From positions 1,568,001 to 1,632,000 of the forward strand of contig JBLWTJ010000001.1 of assembly GCA_048270185.1 (NCBI GenBank): a stretch of DNA of 64,000 nt. Reading direction: 5' to 3'. The translations under genes and the position numbers were made by a program. The stretch is from Bacteriovoracaceae bacterium. GTDB taxonomy: Bacteria > Bdellovibrionota > Bacteriovoracia > Bacteriovoracales > Bacteriovoracaceae. Positions 39,192-49,816 of the stretch are shown one piece after another (within the stretch, counting starts at the first letter, position 1; each line of letters starts with the position of its first letter). The notes beneath the pieces were generated by a model. It was not told where the DNA came from and did not search any database. It saw only the letters and a program-made list of their open reading frames with translations.

Positions 39192-40736
39192 ATGAAAAAT
39201 ATAGTACTTATACGCCCACCAACAGTTACCAAGAAAAGTATGATAAGTTCTGTTAATGGAACTCCTCCTCTTGCACTAGCGTACCTAAAAGGTACGATAG
39301 AAAAAGCTGGGCACAAAGTCGATATTATTGACGCTTTTGGAGAAAGCATCAATGCCATCAGAAAACTAAAAGATACCGATCTAATTATTAACGGCCTAGG
39401 AACACAGGAGATCATTGAAAGGATTCCTGATTCAATTGACGTCATCGGCATATCCTCTATGTTCTCACATGAATGGATTTATGTAAAAAAACTTATTAGT
39501 GAGTTACGAAATAAATTTCCACAGAAATTAATCATACTTGGTGGGGAACATGTAAATGCTGACTATGATTACATAGTTAAGTGTTCAGATGATATTGATA
39601 TATTTGTCTTTGGTGAAGGTGAAGAAACCATAAGTGAAATTCTAAATAAATTTGGTTCTGATTATAGTGATATTAGTGGTATCGCCTACAAAACAAAAAA
39701 TGGTTACAAAAAAAATCCAATCCGCAACCGAATAAAGAAAATTGATGAAATTGCTTGGCCAAGTTGGGAGGGGATTCCCTTAGAGAACTATTTCAAAGCG
39801 GGGCTTGGGTACACACAATATAATGCAAGAACAATTCCTATGCTTGCAACAAGAGGCTGCCCATACCAATGTACCTTTTGTTCATCAGTCAGTATGTGGA
39901 CAACTCTTTGGAATTACCGAGACCCAGAAGATGTCATAAAAGAAATTAAATACTATATCGAACGTTATCAAATCAATAGCGTCGACTTTTATGATCTAAC
40001 TTTCATTATTAACAGAAAATGGATCTTAGAATTTTGTCGAATTTTAAAAAGAGAGAAGCTTGATATAAATTGGACATTCCCTTCCGGGACAAGATCTGAA
40101 GTTTTAGACCGTGAAGTATTAGAAGCACTTAAGAGTGTCGGAATTTCTAAGATTGGCTACGCACCAGAGTCAGGATCACCAACAACAATTAAAAGAATCA
40201 AAAAGAGAGTCAATCTCGACAAAATGGTTGCTTCAATGAAGATATGCATTGAACTTGGAATTCACTGTGAAGCAACATTAATTTTCGGCTTCCCTGAACA
40301 AACAATCAAAGAAGTAATCGAAAATTACCTATTCTTAATTAGGCTAGCATGGATTGGTGTTAATGATTTAACATGTTTTCCATTTGTCCCCTATCCAGGA
40401 AGTGAACTTCACAATGATCTGACAGCAAAGAGAGAGATTATTAAGAAAGAAGGAGATTACGAACTCTTTCTTAGTAACACTTTAAATAATAATATTGCAT
40501 ACGGAAAATCTTGGTCTAGGCATATACCAAGTTTCACAATTCCATTTCTAACACTTGGCGGGATTCTCTTTTTCAATATTTTAAAATATCTCTTTAGGCC
40601 GACAAGAGTTTTTAAAAGTATCAAGAATGTTATCAAGGGAGAGCCTGTTGGCATTATCGAGCCAATTATATGGGGGCTCTATATCAATATTTTCAAGCGT
40701 AAGAAGTACTCAAAATTTGTCAAGGAGCTCGATTGA
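39192..40736 (+). CDS. B12-binding-domain radical SAM protein
   Basis: 'PPLALAYL', 'LGGEH', 'GEGEETI', 'TRGCPYQCTFC', 'APESGS', 'PYPGS'. Confidence 0.92.
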   Translation: MKNIVLIRPPTVTKKSMISSVNGTPPLALAYLKGTIEKAGHKVDIIDAFGESINAIRKLKDTDLIINGLGTQEIIERIPDSIDVIGISSMFSHEWIYVKKLISELRNKFPQKLIILGGEHVNADYDYIVKCSDDIDIFVFGEGEETISEILNKFGSDYSDISGIAYKTKNGYKKNPIRNRIKKIDEIAWPSWEGIPLENYFKAGLGYTQYNARTIPMLATRGCPYQCTFCSSVSMWTTLWNYRDPEDVIKEIKYYIERYQINSVDFYDLTFIINRKWILEFCRILKREKLDINWTFPSGTRSEVLDREVLEALKSVGISKIGYAPESGSPTTIKRIKKRVNLDKMVASMKICIELGIHCEATLIFGFPEQTIKEVIENYLFLIRLAWIGVNDLTCFPFVPYPGSELHNDLTAKREIIKKEGDYELFLSNTLNNNIAYGKSWSRHIPSFTIPFLTLGGILFFNILKYLFRPTRVFKSIKNVIKGEPVGIIEPIIWGLYINIFKRKKYSKFVKELD

Positions 40737-41101
40737 TCTCCCCAAAAAGCTATGACGACTTTTCCAAAAGGAAGCAATTTCTTCTATTAGGCTTCATCAC
40801 TATAAATATTTATTTTGTACTTAAATACTTTAATATATCAACCTATCCAGAAGTAATCGCATCTTTAATTTTTGCATTGGCAATTAATTATGGAAAATTA
40901 AGAGAGTGTATCTGTAAGGGATGGCTAACGATCATTTATATTATTAATTTTCTAATTTCAGAAATCGTATTATTTTTAACTTATTTTTTAGTAGTGACAC
41001 CAACTGGAATCATTAGAAAGTTACTCTCGAATGAAGAGAATATTGAAAGTACATGGATCGTACGAAAAGAAAGAAATACTAACTTCAATAAACAATACTG
41101 A
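40733..41101 (+). CDS. SxtJ-like membrane protein
   Basis: 'LFLTYFLVVTPTGIIRKL...STWI.R....NFNKQY'; position before DUF5989 and carbamoyltransferase. Confidence 0.75.
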   Translation: MISPKSYDDFSKRKQFLLLGFITINIYFVLKYFNISTYPEVIASLIFALAINYGKLRECICKGWLTIIYIINFLISEIVLFLTYFLVVTPTGIIRKLLSNEENIESTWIVRKERNTNFNKQY

Positions 41102-41114
41102 AAGGTTACATATA

Positions 41115-41264
41115 ATGAGTACAATTAAAGAGTTTTTTAAATTTCTAATCGAGCGTAAGAAATACTGGCTTGTACCATTCTATATTGTAATCTTTGTATT
41201 AGCGATTTTAATAGTACTACTTCCAGGATCTCAAGTAGCACCATTCATCTACAGTATCTTTTAA
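41115..41264 (+). CDS. DUF5989 (SxtK-like) small membrane protein
   Basis: 'EFFKFLIERKKYWLVP...GSQVAPFIYSIF'; ATG at 41115. Confidence 0.85.
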   Translation: MSTIKEFFKFLIERKKYWLVPFYIVIFVLAILIVLLPGSQVAPFIYSIF

Positions 41265-41271
41265 GGGAATT

Positions 41272-43065
41272 ATGTATATTCTAGGAATCTCAGCATATTT
41301 TCATGACTCTGCGGCGGCCATAATTAAAGATGGGGAAATTTTATTTGCAGTCCAAGAAGAGAGATTTACTCGTATAAAAAATGATTCTGCCTTTCCAATA
41401 AACGCTATTAACTTTTGCCTAAAATCGGCCAACATATCGCTAAAAGAGATAAAGTATATAACATACTATGAAAAACCATTTATTAAATTTGAAAGATTGA
41501 TGAATAGTTACTTTCAAACAGTTCCTTGGGGATTTCAATCATTCAGAAAAAGTATGCCAATATGGCTTAAGGAAAAGCTCTTTACGAAAGACATAATAAT
41601 TAAAGAGTTATCTAAACTTGATAGAAACATAGATATTGAAAGTAAATTACTCTTTAGTGAGCATCACCTCTCTCACTTGGCCAGTAGTTACTATCCCTCA
41701 GGCTTTGAAGAGGCTACACTAGTTTCAATTGACGCCGTTGGTGAAAGTACAACAACAACAATTGCACATGCTATAGATAATGAGATAGAAATACTTAAAG
41801 AAGTACACTTCCCAAATTCTCTAGGTCTTCTCTACTCTGCCTTTACCTACTTCTTAGGATTTAAAGTAAATGAAGGTGAATACAAAGTGATGGGACTTGC
41901 CCCTTACGGAGAGGCTAAATATGTGGATATCATATTAGAAAAAATTATCGTTCTTCATGAGGATGGTTCATTCAAACTAAATACTAAATACTTCAATTTC
42001 ATTACCGGTTTAACGATGACCAATAATAAGTTTGAAAAGCTCTTCAATATCCAAAAGAGACAGCCTAATGAAGAACTTACTCAAGAACATATGGATTTAG
42101 CAGCATCAATTCAAGAAGTATTAAATCAATGTGTAGAGAGAATAGTTGTTCATGCTAAGAGTCTAACTAATTGTGAGAATCTATGTTTATCCGGTGGTGT
42201 CGCTCTAAACTGTGTCACCAATTCCACGATTAAGATAAAAAACATTTTCAAAAATATATGGATACAACCTGCTGCCGGCGATGCCGGTTCCGCAATCGGC
42301 TCTGCACTTGCTGCGTACCACATACATGAGGGGAAACCCTTACTAGAAGTTAAAGCTGGCCATCAAGACCATATGAAAAACAGCCTCCTAGGCCCTTCAT
42401 TTACAAATGATGAAGTTCTAAAGGAAATAGAAGAGCAAGGCCTTAATTACGAAAAGATTGAAAATGAAGATATTCTCATCAATCATCTACTTGATTCAAT
42501 TGAAAATGGAAAAGTCATCGGACTCCACAGAGGTGCACTAGAGTTTGGGCCACGTGCACTAGGAAATCGCAGTATCATCGCAGATCCAAGACTTAAAGAT
42601 ATTCAACAAACATTAAATTTAAAGATTAAGTTCAGAGAATCATTTAGGCCATTCGCACCTATTATCCTTGAAGAGCATTTAAAAGACTGGTATCACATCG
42701 AGGGCAATAGTCCTTATATGTTATTTACGGCACAACTTAAAGAGAACAAATACCAATCTAGTGATACTAATCGCAAGGGTATTCAAAAGCTAAAGCATAT
42801 AGATTCATCTATCCCTGGAGTTACACATGTTGATTATTCGTCACGTATTCAATCTGTAACAAAACAAAGTAATCGCTTTATTTATAAGTTACTAACAGGT
42901 TTTTTCCAACGAACTGGCTGTCCGATATTAATTAATACTTCTTTCAACACAAATGGAGAGCCAATCGTGTGTCACCCGAAAGATAGTATTAAATGCTTTT
43001 TACGAACGGATATGGATATTTTATATATTGAAGATTATATTATCAGGAAGAAAGAGAATGCTTAA
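41272..43065 (+). CDS. O-carbamoyltransferase (NodU/CmcH/TobZ/SxtI family)
   Basis: 'HDSAAA', 'QEERFTR', 'HHLSH', 'DAVGE', 'EYKVMGLAPYG', 'SGGVALN', 'GPRALGNRS', 'KFRESFRPFAP', 'NTSFN'. Confidence 0.95.
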   Translation: MYILGISAYFHDSAAAIIKDGEILFAVQEERFTRIKNDSAFPINAINFCLKSANISLKEIKYITYYEKPFIKFERLMNSYFQTVPWGFQSFRKSMPIWLKEKLFTKDIIIKELSKLDRNIDIESKLLFSEHHLSHLASSYYPSGFEEATLVSIDAVGESTTTTIAHAIDNEIEILKEVHFPNSLGLLYSAFTYFLGFKVNEGEYKVMGLAPYGEAKYVDIILEKIIVLHEDGSFKLNTKYFNFITGLTMTNNKFEKLFNIQKRQPNEELTQEHMDLAASIQEVLNQCVERIVVHAKSLTNCENLCLSGGVALNCVTNSTIKIKNIFKNIWIQPAAGDAGSAIGSALAAYHIHEGKPLLEVKAGHQDHMKNSLLGPSFTNDEVLKEIEEQGLNYEKIENEDILINHLLDSIENGKVIGLHRGALEFGPRALGNRSIIADPRLKDIQQTLNLKIKFRESFRPFAPIILEEHLKDWYHIEGNSPYMLFTAQLKENKYQSSDTNRKGIQKLKHIDSSIPGVTHVDYSSRIQSVTKQSNRFIYKLLTGFFQRTGCPILINTSFNTNGEPIVCHPKDSIKCFLRTDMDILYIEDYIIRKKENA

Positions 43066-44815
43066 ACTTGAAAAAGTAAAAGAACATATTTTAAAATTCT
43101 TTTCTCTCTACTTACTAGTTACTTTGTGTTTATTTCTTGGTAACTTTTCATTTACAAAAACTGACTTTGGAATTTATGATGCATATACGCGCAGTATCGC
43201 AAAAGACTTCGATCTCAATATAGAAAACCAACTCTACTTAGAAAACGCTCCCAAATTACTAACTGAATCCAATTACTTCTATAGCCAACATAATTATGGT
43301 ACAGGCTTGCTTATTTTTCCGAGCTATTACTACTCACAAGTAATTGTTAAGCTCAATGGTATTCAAAAAAGTGTTGATGAGAATATATACAGCCTAAATC
43401 AACCAAAGCTTAAAAAAGACTATTACAAACAGAATACAAAGCAATTCTTTGATGCCTATACCTTTGCTATTTTTACTTGTTTCTTATATATCCTCTTTTC
43501 ATTAAAGCTATTTGAACATATGCGAATACGCTATGAGATGACATCAAATCGAATCAGAAATAATCTTTTCTTTGGGTTGCTAATATCAGGTCCCCCTCTG
43601 TACTACTTAATGTATGAGCAGTCAGCACCAAGTCTACTTACAATTATTCCACTCTACTTAATTTTTAAATTTTCAAAAGATATAAAAGTTAAAGAAAATA
43701 CCATCGATAACTTTTGGCTAGGGGCGAGCTTTGGCCTAGGACTATTGATAAGAAATGACTTTGCATTTTATGGAGTATTCATTCTTCTTTGGTGGTATCA
43801 GCTACGTCCAAACATCAAGAGTCTTAGCCTACAAGCAGCAGGTTTAGCTACAGGGGCACTTCCATTCTTAGTTAGTAACTATGTAAAGGTAGCTTCTTTA
43901 TCAAACGGTTATCTTGCAACTTATGATTTTAACCCCGTTAATATCTTAGACACTATAATATCACCATTTGGTGGTATTTTACTCGTTCATCCAATATTTG
44001 CATTTATCATAGGTCTCTTATTTATTTTTTCACTAAAAAAGAGATCTGAGAACAAAGAGCTCACATGTGCACTTATCGTTTTAACACTGAAACTATTAGC
44101 TCTATCTTTAACATACTCCCATAATGGAGGCGTTTTCGGTGGACGCCAACTCATTGCTGAATATACTCTACTATCTATCTTTGCAGTTCTTTTAACAAGG
44201 CAAGTAACGGTTTTAGTTGTTCCAACTATTATCATGACATTCTCCAATCTAAAAAACTCGTTAATTTACGGAAATAGAGATTTATTAAGAATTAATTTTT
44301 TCTCATTTGATGACAATTACATAAGTTACTATAATCGCTTAAAGCTAAATTCAATCCTGCTTAGAGAAAACTTTAGCGCTCTTCTTAATCTACAAAATTT
44401 TCTCTATATTGTTTTGATATCATTTGGTGGAGTTATTATATTAATGACCCTTAGAAAGTATAAGATTAGGATGAAAGCGCAATACTTTCTAACATATGTC
44501 ATAATCATTCATTCGATATTAGTATTAAATGACTCATTAAAAAAATTTCGAGTAAAGAATGCTATAACAACGAATGACATTAACACTCTACTTTTTAACG
44601 AGAATGCTGGATCATTAATTGAGCGTATTCATTATCTTGAAACACGAAATCGAGACAAAGAACTCGAACAGACAAAAAGAAAACTTACTAATTATTATAA
44701 CAATACAAAAGTAACGAAAGACCTTAAGTATTTACTAATCGATGCAAATCCATATTATCTCGATTTATTCTCAAAGATGATCTTAGAGAGTACTTCAGTC
44801 CCTAGTAAGAAGTAG
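43058..44815 (+). CDS. Polytopic membrane protein, GT-C-like
   Basis: ATG 43058; acidic first external loop 'TDFGIYDAYTRSIAKDFDLN', many TM helices, 'FGGR' motif. Confidence 0.65.
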   Translation: MLKLEKVKEHILKFFSLYLLVTLCLFLGNFSFTKTDFGIYDAYTRSIAKDFDLNIENQLYLENAPKLLTESNYFYSQHNYGTGLLIFPSYYYSQVIVKLNGIQKSVDENIYSLNQPKLKKDYYKQNTKQFFDAYTFAIFTCFLYILFSLKLFEHMRIRYEMTSNRIRNNLFFGLLISGPPLYYLMYEQSAPSLLTIIPLYLIFKFSKDIKVKENTIDNFWLGASFGLGLLIRNDFAFYGVFILLWWYQLRPNIKSLSLQAAGLATGALPFLVSNYVKVASLSNGYLATYDFNPVNILDTIISPFGGILLVHPIFAFIIGLLFIFSLKKRSENKELTCALIVLTLKLLALSLTYSHNGGVFGGRQLIAEYTLLSIFAVLLTRQVTVLVVPTIIMTFSNLKNSLIYGNRDLLRINFFSFDDNYISYYNRLKLNSILLRENFSALLNLQNFLYIVLISFGGVIILMTLRKYKIRMKAQYFLTYVIIIHSILVLNDSLKKFRVKNAITTNDINTLLFNENAGSLIERIHYLETRNRDKELEQTKRKLTNYYNNTKVTKDLKYLLIDANPYYLDLFSKMILESTSVPSKK

Positions 44816-46128
44816 GTTTTTAACTGATAAAATGATCTCAACTGGAAAATTTGCTTAAGGATATAAGAGATATTGAAATAAAAATCTCTTTCATTCTTAG
44901 CTTTTATCTCTTGAATTCTTCGCTGGTAGGCTTGATCAACATGCCAATCAATAATCTCAGAACTGACATTGCCAGAGATAAAATCACTATCTAACAATCC
45001 TTGATTAATTAAATCATCGCGAAAGGTAGAGTTGATAACAGGGGATGCAACATTAAAAGAGGCAATATCCGCCCCGAGAGAATGAGCAAACAGACCCAAG
45101 TTCTCTTGTCCTGATAAGTCTTTATTATCGAGTCCAATGATAAAATATGCCAAAGTTTTAATTTTATATTTTTTTGCAAGCTTGAAAGCATTCCTTGTTA
45201 CTTCAATCGGTATAGCTTTCTTACATGAATCAACAGCCTCTTGATTATTACTTTCCACTCCAATCTGAATTGTATGACAGCCTGCTTTCTTCATCCAAAA
45301 GAGAAGTTCTTCATCTATCGAGTCAGCACGTATCTGACAGAGCCAGCTAAATCTTGTAGAGACGCTAATCATCAACTTACAAAATTCGATTGTTCTTTTC
45401 TTATTGAAGCCAAAGCTTGGATTATTAATAAAAAGCTCATATATATTCTTATCCCTCAAAGCATTTAGCTCTTCTAAAACACTCTCATCACTTCTGAAAA
45501 TATGCTGAACTCTCTCAAAAAAGCAAAATGTACACTTAAAGGGACATCCATAATCACTGACAAAATTTATAAAACGAGAAGTTCGCAATAGAGGATGGTT
45601 ATAATTGTATTTAAGAAATAAATTATGGTTTGGGACAGGGGTTGTTAACTCTCCTGTTATTTTATCAGATGCGATATTACGAATAGCAAATCCTATTGGC
45701 CGCTCCCCCCTCTGTAAATATTCCTTAATGTTGACCTGTAAGAAGTTTGTCACGATACCAAAGACAAAATTATTATCTTCAAGAATCTTAATAACTTCTG
45801 ATTTTGCATAATCGCCAGATAAAAATATTTTGGCTCCTGTTATTTCAAATATTCTTCTCAAGTAGACTTGATCTTCTTCCCAAGAGATTGATGAACACAT
45901 TGAAATAATTATTTCAGGATTAAAGCTAATGATTTCATCATTTATATCAGCTATAGAACGCTGGTCTTTCAATAAATCGAGATAAAGACAATTGTCTGTA
46001 GAGAAAAACCCTGAAAGATAAACAAGATCAGTACATGGCCACATATAACGGCCTTTTGTTTCGTGCCCACAATAGTAGTCACGACAAAAGCTCTTTGTGC
46101 CAGGAGGATTTAAAAATAAAATATTCAT
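44755..46128 (-). CDS. B12-binding-type radical SAM protein (HpnJ-like architecture)
   Basis: 'ILFLNPP', 'GCPFKCTFC', 'AGCHTIQIGVES', 'YFIIGL'. Confidence 0.88.
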   Translation of the reverse strand: MNILFLNPPGTKSFCRDYYCGHETKGRYMWPCTDLVYLSGFFSTDNCLYLDLLKDQRSIADINDEIISFNPEIIISMCSSISWEEDQVYLRRIFEITGAKIFLSGDYAKSEVIKILEDNNFVFGIVTNFLQVNIKEYLQRGERPIGFAIRNIASDKITGELTTPVPNHNLFLKYNYNHPLLRTSRFINFVSDYGCPFKCTFCFFERVQHIFRSDESVLEELNALRDKNIYELFINNPSFGFNKKRTIEFCKLMISVSTRFSWLCQIRADSIDEELLFWMKKAGCHTIQIGVESNNQEAVDSCKKAIPIEVTRNAFKLAKKYKIKTLAYFIIGLDNKDLSGQENLGLFAHSLGADIASFNVASPVINSTFRDDLINQGLLDSDFISGNVSSEIIDWHVDQAYQRRIQEIKAKNERDFYFNISYILKQIFQLRSFYQLKTYFLLGTEVLSKIIFENKSR

Positions 46129-46163
46129 ACCAATAACCGTTGTTCAATATTATAATATCATCA

Positions 46164-47207
46164 ATGCAAACTTATTCAATATATATAGGATACTTTAAGC
46201 GCCTAAGTAGACGTTTATTCAATTATTTCTCGGCAAAAATTCTAAGTCGATTTTCAACTTATTCTATTGCTCCAACAATGATTTTCCTCGGTATTACCAA
46301 CAAATGTAATATGAAGTGTGATTATTGTTTTCAGTCAGAAGAAAATAAGGATATTTTCGGCCACAGAGAGCAGGGCTTCATGAATGAGGAAACTTTCACG
46401 AACTTCTTAAATCAAATCGATGGCTGGGTTTCCTATATTTCTATCAACCTTTTTGGTGAGCCAACAATTCATCCTAAGTTAAAAAATTGGATTAAGTTAC
46501 TACATGATCGAAATATTCGATTAAATATTATAACGAATGGAAAAAAGCTAAGTGATGAACTAATTAAATCAATTGTCATCAATAAAGTAGAAAGAATATC
46601 ATTTTCACTTGAGGTAGAATCCTATAATTCAATTCGTATTGGAGCTAATTTTGAAGAAGTTATTTCAAACATAAAGAAATTGATTAATGAAAGAGGTAAT
46701 TCAACTTACCCAATTATTTCAGTGCAATCGGTAAAGAGCTCTCTAATTACTGATAAAGAGTATATTAAACACGAGAATTACTTAAAGCACATAGGTGTCA
46801 ATGAGGTTAACTTTTCAGAAATTAAAAACTGGTCAGGTGAGATTAAAACTGGAGATAATTTGATGGAAGGTGCAATTATTAATAAATGCGAGTATCCATG
46901 GACGACAATGACAGTCGACTGGGATGGAGCAGTGACATCTTGTTGTGAAGATTTTTCAATTAAAAATCAATACGCCAATCTGAACAAATCTCACTTGAAA
47001 ATGATTTGGAAATCTGAAGAGATTAAGAAGTTAAGAAAATATCTAATAAAGAACGATGTAACAGAACTTAAAGAAAACACAGGATGTCACAACTGTAGTG
47101 TCCTATTAGAGCCAGTAGGTCTAAATAGCAAGACATCTCTCAAAAACAATGTAAATTCCACATTAAATGAGATTAAGGCCCTTTATTCTGATCAACGTAA
47201 AGACTAG
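46164..47207 (+). CDS. Radical SAM protein with SPASM/twitch domain
   Basis: 'CNMKCDYC', 'FGEPTIHP', 'TNG', 'CEYPW..MTVDWDGAVTSCCED...CHNC'. Confidence 0.9.
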   Translation: MQTYSIYIGYFKRLSRRLFNYFSAKILSRFSTYSIAPTMIFLGITNKCNMKCDYCFQSEENKDIFGHREQGFMNEETFTNFLNQIDGWVSYISINLFGEPTIHPKLKNWIKLLHDRNIRLNIITNGKKLSDELIKSIVINKVERISFSLEVESYNSIRIGANFEEVISNIKKLINERGNSTYPIISVQSVKSSLITDKEYIKHENYLKHIGVNEVNFSEIKNWSGEIKTGDNLMEGAIINKCEYPWTTMTVDWDGAVTSCCEDFSIKNQYANLNKSHLKMIWKSEEIKKLRKYLIKNDVTELKENTGCHNCSVLLEPVGLNSKTSLKNNVNSTLNEIKALYSDQRKD

Positions 47208-48987
47208 GATCAAAGTAAGGTTCACCATAGAATTCTCTAAAATATGTTATAAAATTATCTCCTCGCGGATTATAAACAATCCCGTCTTTTGCATCGTTAT
47301 ACAGATCTTTTCGTACATTCAGCAAGCCTAGATAGTATGATGAGTCCTCACCCTTTGTCGCCCTAACATAATTAATTCTTTCTTCAATACTTCCGTATAA
47401 TTCATAGAACATAAAGTAAGCTGTGCCTTTTCCTATTAATGCATTAGAAAAAAAATCTCTCTTCTTTAATTCGGATACATTGCGTGGAGACATAATATAA
47501 TTACTTATAGAGAAACCACTATAAACAACTAGAAATGAACAAACAAATACAGATATACCTTTGGCATTAATCTTTAGTGATGAAATAATATACAGTATTG
47601 CAGACAATAAGATTATTAGAGGATAAAAGCTTAAGAGTTTACTAACGATTTCGACAAGATCCTTTTTAAAGATCATCATTAAAACATCAATAAAAGCGCT
47701 TCTATTAACCATTATATATTTTAAGTGATCGGTATAAGTAACATCCCAAGGAATACTAAAATCAGTTTTAACTAAAGGAAAGCTATAATAGAAACATGCA
47801 ATAATACTCCATAGAGAGCTAAAGCTTAAAATGACTTTTAAACTGTTTGTTTTAAAATACTTTTTTACTAAATATGCAAATAAAAAGAAATCACATATAA
47901 ATGGCCTAGCTCCAAAAACTCCAGATCCGTGAGAAATAGTTAAGCCAAAAGCGATAATTTTTAGAATAACCGACAATGAAACTACAGCAAAGAATTGCTC
48001 CTTCATTTCATGATCTAATATTTTAAAAGATTGTTTAATACAAAGTAAAAGTAGTACTATGAATAATGGCGTATAGATAACAATGCCATGATAGCTAGAA
48101 AATAGAGTGTCTAAGAGAACATCCCAGTTGGCCTTTAAGTTGTGATCATATCCAAAGAATATTTGATCGAATTTCACATATTCATTCAAAAAAATAGGCA
48201 GTGTACATAATACAAAGCCTAGACCAGCAACGAAGCTTTCTTTCAATCCCTTTTTATAATTTGACTTAATTTGAGTTAAAAAAGGCATTCCAACGAGTAA
48301 TGTATAAAATACAAAGTCTACTTTTATGATAAAACCAACACCAATAGCGATTCCAAGAAAGAATGAATCTAAAAGTCTCCCTTCTTCTTTAACTTTTGAA
48401 TACAACATGAGAAGTAACGGAGACATGAATATAAGAGGTAAGCTTGCATTGCCTGTTTCGATTAGAAAGTAGTACAAAGTCGAGAGAGATAGAAAGATAC
48501 CTACAAATATCCACTTATGAATATTTAATTTAAACTGATCTGATACTTTAACACAGAGTAAAAAACCTAAGAAAACATAGAATACAGCTGAAAGTACTAA
48601 GCCAACATCGATAATAAATTCTGCTGAACCAGTGGCGCGCCAATAAATCTTCTGTAGCCCTCCTTCAAGTTTAATCTCATGAGGAACACTTTTTAAGAGA
48701 TTATCGCTGAAAATACTATTAATTATTTCAGAATAAATAACAAAAGGAGCCCACAATACACTTGTACCGTTACTATGAAAGTCAGGGTGATTATAGGTTG
48801 TTGTTACATTAAATTTTTCACCACCATAATACATTTGATTGACGAGATTAAAATCACCATCCTCAATAATACTCGTCGCATAACCGTGATAAACACCCAT
48901 CTCAGTTTGAGCAAAATCTTTTGGTAGTATGATAAAAGTTAAGGCCATAATCAAAATAAGGCCATAGAACTTCTTATCTTTTAGCAT
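47173..48987 (-). CDS. Polytopic membrane protein, GT-C-like; paralog of 43058-44815
   Basis: 'TEMGVYHGYATSIIEDGDFN', 'SHGSGVFGARP', 'ELYGSIEERINY' align by eye with the paralog. Confidence 0.65.
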   Translation of the reverse strand: MLKDKKFYGLILIMALTFIILPKDFAQTEMGVYHGYATSIIEDGDFNLVNQMYYGGEKFNVTTTYNHPDFHSNGTSVLWAPFVIYSEIINSIFSDNLLKSVPHEIKLEGGLQKIYWRATGSAEFIIDVGLVLSAVFYVFLGFLLCVKVSDQFKLNIHKWIFVGIFLSLSTLYYFLIETGNASLPLIFMSPLLLMLYSKVKEEGRLLDSFFLGIAIGVGFIIKVDFVFYTLLVGMPFLTQIKSNYKKGLKESFVAGLGFVLCTLPIFLNEYVKFDQIFFGYDHNLKANWDVLLDTLFSSYHGIVIYTPLFIVLLLLCIKQSFKILDHEMKEQFFAVVSLSVILKIIAFGLTISHGSGVFGARPFICDFFLFAYLVKKYFKTNSLKVILSFSSLWSIIACFYYSFPLVKTDFSIPWDVTYTDHLKYIMVNRSAFIDVLMMIFKKDLVEIVSKLLSFYPLIILLSAILYIISSLKINAKGISVFVCSFLVVYSGFSISNYIMSPRNVSELKKRDFFSNALIGKGTAYFMFYELYGSIEERINYVRATKGEDSSYYLGLLNVRKDLYNDAKDGIVYNPRGDNFITYFREFYGEPYFDPSLYVDQNKGP

Positions 48988-49093
48988 TTTAAGAAGTAAT
49001 CTTCTAATACTCCTATCCCCTCTTTAAGAATTAAATACCTTATATTGTATCAAAGTATAAAACTAAAGTATAATAGGTACAAAAGAGAAATAT

Positions 49094-49816
49094 ATGATGG
49101 AAAATTTTAACACAAAAAAAGTGGCCTATTTACTCATTACAATCACAGTTTCAATACTTCTTCCTATTACATTATATGGATTAGTATTTGGTGGATTTTA
49201 TGATCTAGATGTACAAGGTCTAACAGAAGTAATTAAGACAACTAAAGCGCCTCACTTCTTGCTACTTATTCTACAACCACTAGGACTTCTATCACTAATC
49301 CCTCTTGCTGTGTTAATTACTAGAAAATTAATCGAAGACAATTCATATAACCTTGCATTTGCCTCTGTTATTTCGGCAATTCTTGTCACCATTACTTATA
49401 CTATTCCACAATTTGTATACATTATTATAAAGTATAAGTACGCAATTGAGGTTGTTGTGCAAAACACACCTTTTGAGCACTTTGCAAAAACTCCAACTGC
49501 AAAATTAATCCCAGACATATTAGTGATTATTGATACTATTCTTGTCGATGAACTGGGTTATTTCTTTTTTAATATATTTACTCTCACAATTTGTATTTCA
49601 CTATACCGCATATTAAAAGACAAAGTTATCTATTACTCTGGTCTTATGGTAACAGGCCTAAAGTTTCTGATGTTCTTAACAAATTTTATACTATGGGAAT
49701 TAAGAGAGATTCTTGCAGGAACAAAAGAAGTTATATCTATTCTGCTGATCATGTGGTTTGCATTTACAGGGATTTGGATTATCTTTAGTACTCGAAAGAA
49801 ATTACACTTTAAATAA
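49094..49816 (+). CDS. Integral membrane protein (about 6 TM), hypothetical
   Basis: Hydrophobic segments throughout. Confidence 0.7.
   Translation: MMENFNTKKVAYLLITITVSILLPITLYGLVFGGFYDLDVQGLTEVIKTTKAPHFLLLILQPLGLLSLIPLAVLITRKLIEDNSYNLAFASVISAILVTITYTIPQFVYIIIKYKYAIEVVVQNTPFEHFAKTPTAKLIPDILVIIDTILVDELGYFFFNIFTLTICISLYRILKDKVIYYSGLMVTGLKFLMFLTNFILWELREILAGTKEVISILLIMWFAFTGIWIIFSTRKKLHFK

Noticed and set aside
37508..43065. Saxitoxin biosynthesis
   Set aside because: Only SxtI/J/K-like and Rieske-type genes; core sxtA, sxtG, sxtB and others are absent from the window
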